A stretch of DNA of 64,000 nt from an uncultured Chloroflexia bacterium (lineage in GTDB: Bacteria > Chloroflexota > Anaerolineae > CG2-30-64-16). Shown piece after piece: positions 58,755 to 64,000 of this stretch; within the stretch, counting starts at the first letter, position 1; the number at the start of each line of letters is the position of its first letter. The position numbers and the translations under genes were made by a program. The stretch spans positions 96,001 through 160,000 of the forward strand of contig CAWEMM010000012.1 of the NCBI GenBank assembly GCA_963810095.1. Reading direction: 5' to 3'. The notes beneath the pieces are model-generated. The model was not told where the DNA came from. It searched no databases and saw only the letters and a list, made by a program, of their open reading frames with translations.

Positions 58755-60374
58755 ATGCATCGCCGGATCATTTTAGCGTCGCTCCTGATCGTGCTCGCGT
58801 TGGCCCTGTCGGCCTGCGTCCCCGCCACGCTCACCCCTGGCGGGGTGCCCACGACTAGCCCAGTCCTCACGCCTGGCGCAGTCAGCACTTCCAGCGCGGT
58901 GAGCACCACTCAACCCGCGGCTACGTCCGCTATCGTGTCGCGCACCCCCGCGCCGGCGGGCGGCCCGGGAAGGCTCTTCGCCGGAACGGTCAAGCACGCG
59001 GGGCAACCCGTGCCGGGCGCCCGGGTCGAGCTGCGCGAGGTGGGGTGGGCGACCAACCGCACGGCGCCGGTCGCGACGGCCGTGGCAGGCGCAGACGGCG
59101 CCTTCAGCATCGCAAGCCCGCCCGCGGGCGACTTCAGCGTGCTGGGCCTCTTCCCTGACGGCGAGATGGACGCGGGCGGCTGGCCGCCGGTGAGCATTGC
59201 ACCCGGCCAGGAGATAACCGGGTTTGTTGTGCCGCTCGAACGCCGCCTAACCTTGCTCTCGCCCATCGCCGACGCGCCGGTCGCTCCGTCGCCGGCGCTG
59301 ACCTGGAAGGCTTCGCCCGAGGCGACGCACTATCGTGTCTGGGTGATCGACGCGGGCACGACGGCGATGATGCTCGACCAGGAGACGACGGGCACGAGCA
59401 TCGCCCTGTCCAAGAGCCTCAAGCCAGGCATGTATCAGTGGGTGGTCAACGGTTTGAACCCGAAGGGCGACATGGTCGCGACGGCCAGCGAGACGTTCGT
59501 CGTGCGGGCCCCGTCGACCTCGGCGACCGGCGTCCCGACGGCCCCGGCGACGCCCGCTGCGACGAGCGAAGCGGATGGGCTGCCGCCGCCATGTCAACCG
59601 CGCACCGAGCAGACCGCCGTCTACGCAGACAGAGCGCTCGGCTTCTGCTTCCTGTATCCGTCGGGGTTCGAAAAGAACCCGTATGATGCGGGCCAGATCA
59701 ACGTGGTGGGTCTTGTCGCAGGCCCGGCCCTGGACAGCTCTGCTGACCCCCTGCGGGCCACGGTATTGCTCGAAGTCATCCCGTCCGCCAGCCCAGACTT
59801 AGCCGCGGCGGTCACAGAGATCACACGGGAGTTTCAGGGCCAGCCGGGTGTGACCATTAAGCAGCAGCCCATCGACCTGGGCGGCGTGCCCGCAGTGCTG
59901 CTGACCGGCGTTCCCGGCCGCGGCGGCTCACGGGATGTTGTGGCCGTGCAGAACGGACTGCGTTACCGGCTGCTGTTTATGCCCGAGCCGCAGATGTTCC
60001 CGAAGGCCGCGCCCGACTTCCAGGCGCTGTACGATGCGGTGACGCAGTCGTTCACGTTCTTCCAGCCCGCAGTGACCGAGAGTGAAGGCCCGAACAGCGG
60101 TCCCGGCGGTATGCCGCGCTTGCCCGACGACGAGCGGGCGTTCGACGGTGCGCGCGAAGCGCTGGCACAGCGCTTGGGCGTCGACCCGCTCTCGATCCGG
60201 CGAGTGGAGCAGACGCCCACCGAATGGCAGGACGGGTGCCTCGGCCTCACCTCGCCGGGCGAGGCCTGTCCGCAGGCGATTACCTCGGGTTGGGTGATCG
60301 TGCTCGATGCGGCCGGCCAGCGCTACGAGGCGCACACCGACCAGGAGGGCCGCGCTGTGCGGTTCGTACAGTAA
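58755..60374 (+). CDS. Multidomain lipoprotein
   Basis: Lipobox LSAC, P/T linker, beta-sandwich segments, C-terminal WQDGCLG..CPQAITSG..YEAHTD domain. Confidence 0.85.
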   Translation: MHRRIILASLLIVLALALSACVPATLTPGGVPTTSPVLTPGAVSTSSAVSTTQPAATSAIVSRTPAPAGGPGRLFAGTVKHAGQPVPGARVELREVGWATNRTAPVATAVAGADGAFSIASPPAGDFSVLGLFPDGEMDAGGWPPVSIAPGQEITGFVVPLERRLTLLSPIADAPVAPSPALTWKASPEATHYRVWVIDAGTTAMMLDQETTGTSIALSKSLKPGMYQWVVNGLNPKGDMVATASETFVVRAPSTSATGVPTAPATPAATSEADGLPPPCQPRTEQTAVYADRALGFCFLYPSGFEKNPYDAGQINVVGLVAGPALDSSADPLRATVLLEVIPSASPDLAAAVTEITREFQGQPGVTIKQQPIDLGGVPAVLLTGVPGRGGSRDVVAVQNGLRYRLLFMPEPQMFPKAAPDFQALYDAVTQSFTFFQPAVTESEGPNSGPGGMPRLPDDERAFDGAREALAQRLGVDPLSIRRVEQTPTEWQDGCLGLTSPGEACPQAITSGWVIVLDAAGQRYEAHTDQEGRAVRFVQ

Positions 60375-60424
60375 GGCCCGGGATTTCGCACACACCCCGG
60401 CTGTGCCAAGGGGCACAGGATGGA

Positions 60425-60490
60425 CTTAAGCACGAGTTAAGCTTCTCTACAGGAGGGGTTAAGGACCCTCTCAGAATAGCGTGATAAGCT
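60425..60490 (+). promoter_or_regulatory. 11-bp-phased TTAAG array plus -10 box
   Basis: cttaag 60425, gttaag 60436, (ctacag 60447), gttaag 60458; TGaTAAGCT at 60485, 21 bp downstream. Confidence 0.72.
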
Positions 60491-60667
60491 GTTGCCATCA
60501 GTTACAGAAACACAGACGACGGCGACACGGTGCGGCAGGCGGTAAGCGGAAGATGTAGGGCGGCGGAACTGCTGCATCATCACGAATGACGGCGACCGGG
60601 TCGCCGATGTGAGCGGACAGCCCGGATAGCAAGGGTCCGCTCACTATGAGTTTAACGGAGGTTTTCC

Positions 60668-61213
60668 GTGGATTACCAAACGCATGCGAGCTCCCAGCCC
60701 GACGATTCTCAGGCCGATCAGCAGCACATTCAGGATTTAGTGAAGGTCTTCATGAAGGGCAGCGGCCGTGAGCGGCAGGCTGCGCGCGAGCAGTTGTGTG
60801 AGATCGGCCACCCGGCGGTTCCGGCGCTTGTCGATGCACTTAACAATCCCGAAGACCAGGTCCGCTGGGAGGCCGCCAAGTCTCTCACGCAGATTCCCGA
60901 TCCCCGCGCCGCGCCGGCGCTGGTCGAGGCGATGAAGGACTCATTCAGCATCCGCTGGCTCGCCAGCGAGGCCCTGATCAATATCGGAGAGCCGGCGCTG
61001 GTGCCGCTCATTCGCGGGCTCCTTGCGAATCCGGATGCGCCCCGGCTGCGCGAGGGCGCGCATCACGTGCTCACCGGCCTTCGCCGCACCCACCCGAACA
61101 ATCCGTATATTACCGAAATGCTGAGCGCGCTGACGGGCCAGGCGCAGACCGAAACGGTGCCGTGGGTCGCGCGCGACATCCTGCAGAAGATGGGCCTTGT
61201 CGCTCCCATCTAA
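60668..61213 (+). CDS. HEAT/PBS-lyase repeat protein
   Basis: IGHPAVPALVDAL..VRWEAAKSL and IRWLASEAL..IGEPALVPL repeats; GGAGG RBS. Confidence 0.85.
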   Translation: MDYQTHASSQPDDSQADQQHIQDLVKVFMKGSGRERQAAREQLCEIGHPAVPALVDALNNPEDQVRWEAAKSLTQIPDPRAAPALVEAMKDSFSIRWLASEALINIGEPALVPLIRGLLANPDAPRLREGAHHVLTGLRRTHPNNPYITEMLSALTGQAQTETVPWVARDILQKMGLVAPI

Positions 61214-61285
61214 GCGGCACTTAATGAAGGCTTAATGTCCTCTTGATCCCCTTGTAAGGCAAGCCGGGCCGCGCTAGTGTATCAT
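61209..61285 (+). promoter_or_regulatory. 11-bp-phased TTAAG array plus -10 box
   Basis: tctaag 61209, cttaat 61220, cttaat 61231, cttgat 61242, tgtaag 61253; TATCAT at 61280, 21 bp downstream. Confidence 0.68.
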
Positions 61286-61371
61286 AAGTCACAAAACACC
61301 TGCGCGGCAACGGGCTGGCCCGAGACACCAGCACGAGTCAGGTCGTTGCCCCGCGGTATGAGGAGGTCGGT

Positions 61372-62001
61372 ATGACCACTAATAGCACTCGGCAGACCAC
61401 GCGGCGAGAAGTGATCCGTCTGGAAGACCCGCCGGTGGCGAAGCTGCTGTTCGAGGATGTACGGCTTTCGCCCTTGTGGCTGATCCTGCGGCTCTGGCTG
61501 GCCTGGAAATGGATTGAGGCCGGATGGGCCAAGGTACAGAACCCGGCCTGGACCGGCGCCAACTCCGGCGCACCGATCCAGGGCTTCGTAAAGGGCGCGG
61601 TGGCAAAGGCGACCGGCGAGCACCCGGATGTGCCGGGATGGTACGCCTCTTTCCTGCAGAACGTCGTTGCGCCCAACGCAGGGCTCTGGTCGAAGCTGGT
61701 AGCCTACGGCGAGCTGCTCGTCGGCATCGCGCTCGTTCTCGGCATCTTCACAGGTATCGCCGCTTTCTTTGGCGGATTCATGAACTTCAACTACTTACTG
61801 TCGGGCACGGTCAGCACGAACCCGATGATGTTCCTGGTGGCCGGCCTCCTGGTGCTGGCCTGGAAGACGGCCGGCTGGCTCGGCGTCGACCGGGTCCTGC
61901 TGCCCTTGTTGGGCACCCCGTGGGCACCCGGCCGAGTATTCCGGGGTGACACACCCCTGGCTCCGCCGGTAACCCAAGAAGCGGACCGGTCCGAAGTCTA
62001 G
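61372..62001 (+). CDS. DoxX/DoxD-like membrane protein
   Basis: LRLWLAWKWIEAGWAK, WYASFL, YGELLVG, MNFNYLLSGTVSTNP, GWLGVD. Confidence 0.88.
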   Translation: MTTNSTRQTTRREVIRLEDPPVAKLLFEDVRLSPLWLILRLWLAWKWIEAGWAKVQNPAWTGANSGAPIQGFVKGAVAKATGEHPDVPGWYASFLQNVVAPNAGLWSKLVAYGELLVGIALVLGIFTGIAAFFGGFMNFNYLLSGTVSTNPMMFLVAGLLVLAWKTAGWLGVDRVLLPLLGTPWAPGRVFRGDTPLAPPVTQEADRSEV

Positions 62002-62168
62002 CCCGCAAAGTGGGCCCATCCGCTGCAGGGGCGGGCAGTACCCGTCCCTGCAGCACGCCGATCCAGTTCCATCCCTTTCGAGCCCCTAAGCCGGGTCCTT
62101 TGCGCAAGTGGTATAATGGCGACGCGTTTGATCCGGCGCCGTGCAAATCTCCCCATCGAGGCCCATTG

Positions 62169-63869
62169 ATGTCTCCCAGCCACCGCTTTACCGTCCGAGC
62201 GGCATCCCTTGTCATTGCCCTGGCGATCCTGGCCGGCTGTTCGGCTCTTCCTTCGGCGCCAGTCGCACCCGTGCAAAGTCCTGCTACCGCGATCCCAACG
62301 GTGGAAGCCGTTCCCTCGGATACGCCGCGCCCTGCGCCAACGCGAGTTGGCGCGCCGACCAGCGTTGGCGCGCCAACCGACGCGCCGTCGCCTATGGCAC
62401 CCAAGGTGGAAGCGACGGCCCCCGCCGGCAACCCTGACACGCCTACCCCCACGCAAGCCAGCGGCCCGCTTTTCGGGCCCGCTTGGGGCGACCGCACAGT
62501 CTATCAGCCCGGCCTGATCACGTCCGAGCGAAAAATCCTGGAAGGGCTGCCGGGTGCGAGCGAGTATCGCATCGATCTCACCATTGACGACTCCCTCGCC
62601 AAGGTGTCAGGCGAGCAGCAGGTCCGCTATACCAACCGCGAGCAGGCGCCGCTGAACGAGATCTACCTCAGGCTCTTCCCGAACGCGCTGGGGGGGAAGA
62701 TGCGGGTGTCCGATACGACGGTCGATGGCGTCAGTGTCACCCCGGGGTACGAGTACCAGGACACCGCCGTACGGGTGCCGCTGCCCCAACCCCTGCCGGT
62801 TGGCGCGAGCACCGTGTTGGGGCTAAAGTACGACATCGACGTCCCGCAGTCGCTCGACACCGGCTACGGCTTGATCAGCTACACGAACGGCATTCTGGCG
62901 CTTGACACACCCTATGCACCCATTCCGGTGTACAACGAGCAGGGGTGGAACGTGGAGACGCCACCCGAAAACGCCGACACGAGCTTCAACGATGCGAGCT
63001 TCTATCTCACCCGCGTTACCGCGCCCGGCGGGCTCGAGCTGGTAACGACGGGCGTCGAGGTGGCCCGCGAGTCGGCGGATGGCCGGCAGGTGGTCACCTA
63101 CGAGCAAGGGCCGGCACGCGACTTCTTTGTCGCAGCCAGTCCCGAGTACGTGGTGAAGACGCAGCGGGCCGGTGAGACGCGCATCAATGCCTTTGCCATG
63201 CCCGGCGAGGAGGATGCCCAGGCCCTTGCACTCTCTGCGGCAGCCAAGGCGCTGTCGGCCTACAGCAAGCGGTTCGGCCCTTATCCGTATACCGAGCTCG
63301 ACGTCGCAGCAACCCCCATGCTCGCCCTGGGCATCGAGTACCCCGGTACGGTCGGCATTGCGGAGCGCATTTACGAGCCCGATTTCAAGCCGAGCTCAGG
63401 CTCGCAAGACGCGATCGTCGAGAGCACCGTGGCGCACGAGCTGGCGCACCAGTGGTTCTACAACCTCGTGGGCAGCGACCAGATCGACGAGCCTTGGCTG
63501 GACGAAGCCCTAACCCAATACAGCACCTACCTCTATTTCCTGGACAACTATGGACAGGCTGCGGGCGATAGCTGGGTTTCGACCTGGGGCTCGCGGTGGG
63601 ACCGCACGGACCGGAAGGAGAAGCCCGTGGGGCTGCCGGCGCGCGACTACGACACGCGCGAGTACAGCTCGATTGTGTACGGTCGGGGACCGATGTTCCT
63701 GGCCGCGCTGGCCGAGCGCATGGGCCAGGCGAAGTTCGATCAGTTACTGGCGGACTACACCGCCCGCTTCCGCTGGGGCATCGCCACCGCGGCAGACTTC
63801 ACTGCAATGGCCAACGAGGCGTGCGGGTGCGATCTCGGCGATCTCTACCGGGAGTGGCTCAACCCGTAA
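62169..63869 (+). CDS. M1 family aminopeptidase lipoprotein
   Basis: Lipobox LAGC, GIEYPG, VAHELAHQWFYNLVG..WLDEAL, VYGRG. Confidence 0.9.
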   Translation: MSPSHRFTVRAASLVIALAILAGCSALPSAPVAPVQSPATAIPTVEAVPSDTPRPAPTRVGAPTSVGAPTDAPSPMAPKVEATAPAGNPDTPTPTQASGPLFGPAWGDRTVYQPGLITSERKILEGLPGASEYRIDLTIDDSLAKVSGEQQVRYTNREQAPLNEIYLRLFPNALGGKMRVSDTTVDGVSVTPGYEYQDTAVRVPLPQPLPVGASTVLGLKYDIDVPQSLDTGYGLISYTNGILALDTPYAPIPVYNEQGWNVETPPENADTSFNDASFYLTRVTAPGGLELVTTGVEVARESADGRQVVTYEQGPARDFFVAASPEYVVKTQRAGETRINAFAMPGEEDAQALALSAAAKALSAYSKRFGPYPYTELDVAATPMLALGIEYPGTVGIAERIYEPDFKPSSGSQDAIVESTVAHELAHQWFYNLVGSDQIDEPWLDEALTQYSTYLYFLDNYGQAAGDSWVSTWGSRWDRTDRKEKPVGLPARDYDTREYSSIVYGRGPMFLAALAERMGQAKFDQLLADYTARFRWGIATAADFTAMANEACGCDLGDLYREWLNP

Positions 63870-64000
63870 CCTCGCCCACCACCCGGCAACGGGATCGAAC
63901 CGGGGAAGGATGGGCACAGACCCAGGCAGGTGGGACGAAGTATAAAGACGTAACGCAAGCCGGTGCGCGGATGGCTCTGAGCGCGGCTTGCCAATTGGTT

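Noticed and set aside
1-64000. Prophage, defence system, transposase, tRNA or rRNA
   Set aside because: No recognisable motifs for any of these were found by eye.

Overview
GC-rich bacterial chromosomal window. Gene content and lipoprotein style suggest Chloroflexota (Anaerolineae-like); this is an inference. About 56 CDSs: heterodimeric ABC exporter, tryptophanase, a sugar-binding protein/FGGY kinase/tandem GH38 alpha-mannosidase cluster, a GAF kinase-response regulator pair, a thiolase-DUF35-FabG-MDR-acetate kinase cluster, ECF sigma and DHH genes, a long general-stress-like gene block (27-46 kb), several PAS two-component systems, YcaQ-Fur, lipoproteins, DoxX and an M1 peptidase. Many genes before ~43 kb carry single-base frameshifts that look like long-read assembly errors. 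Three non-coding signals stand out. (1) Eight intergenic arrays of NTTAAG-like hexamers in strict 11-bp phase, each followed 21-22 bp later by a TAnnnT -10 box. This looks like an undescribed OmpR/CiaR-like regulon, probably run by the regulator at 43451 with a degenerate kinase as feedback. (2) Seven intergenic palindromes built from ~9-nt periodic units. (3) Two 168-bp MITE-like branched palindromes with C(GNA)G triloops and compensatory changes. No rRNA, tRNA, CRISPR array, integrase or transposase was seen.
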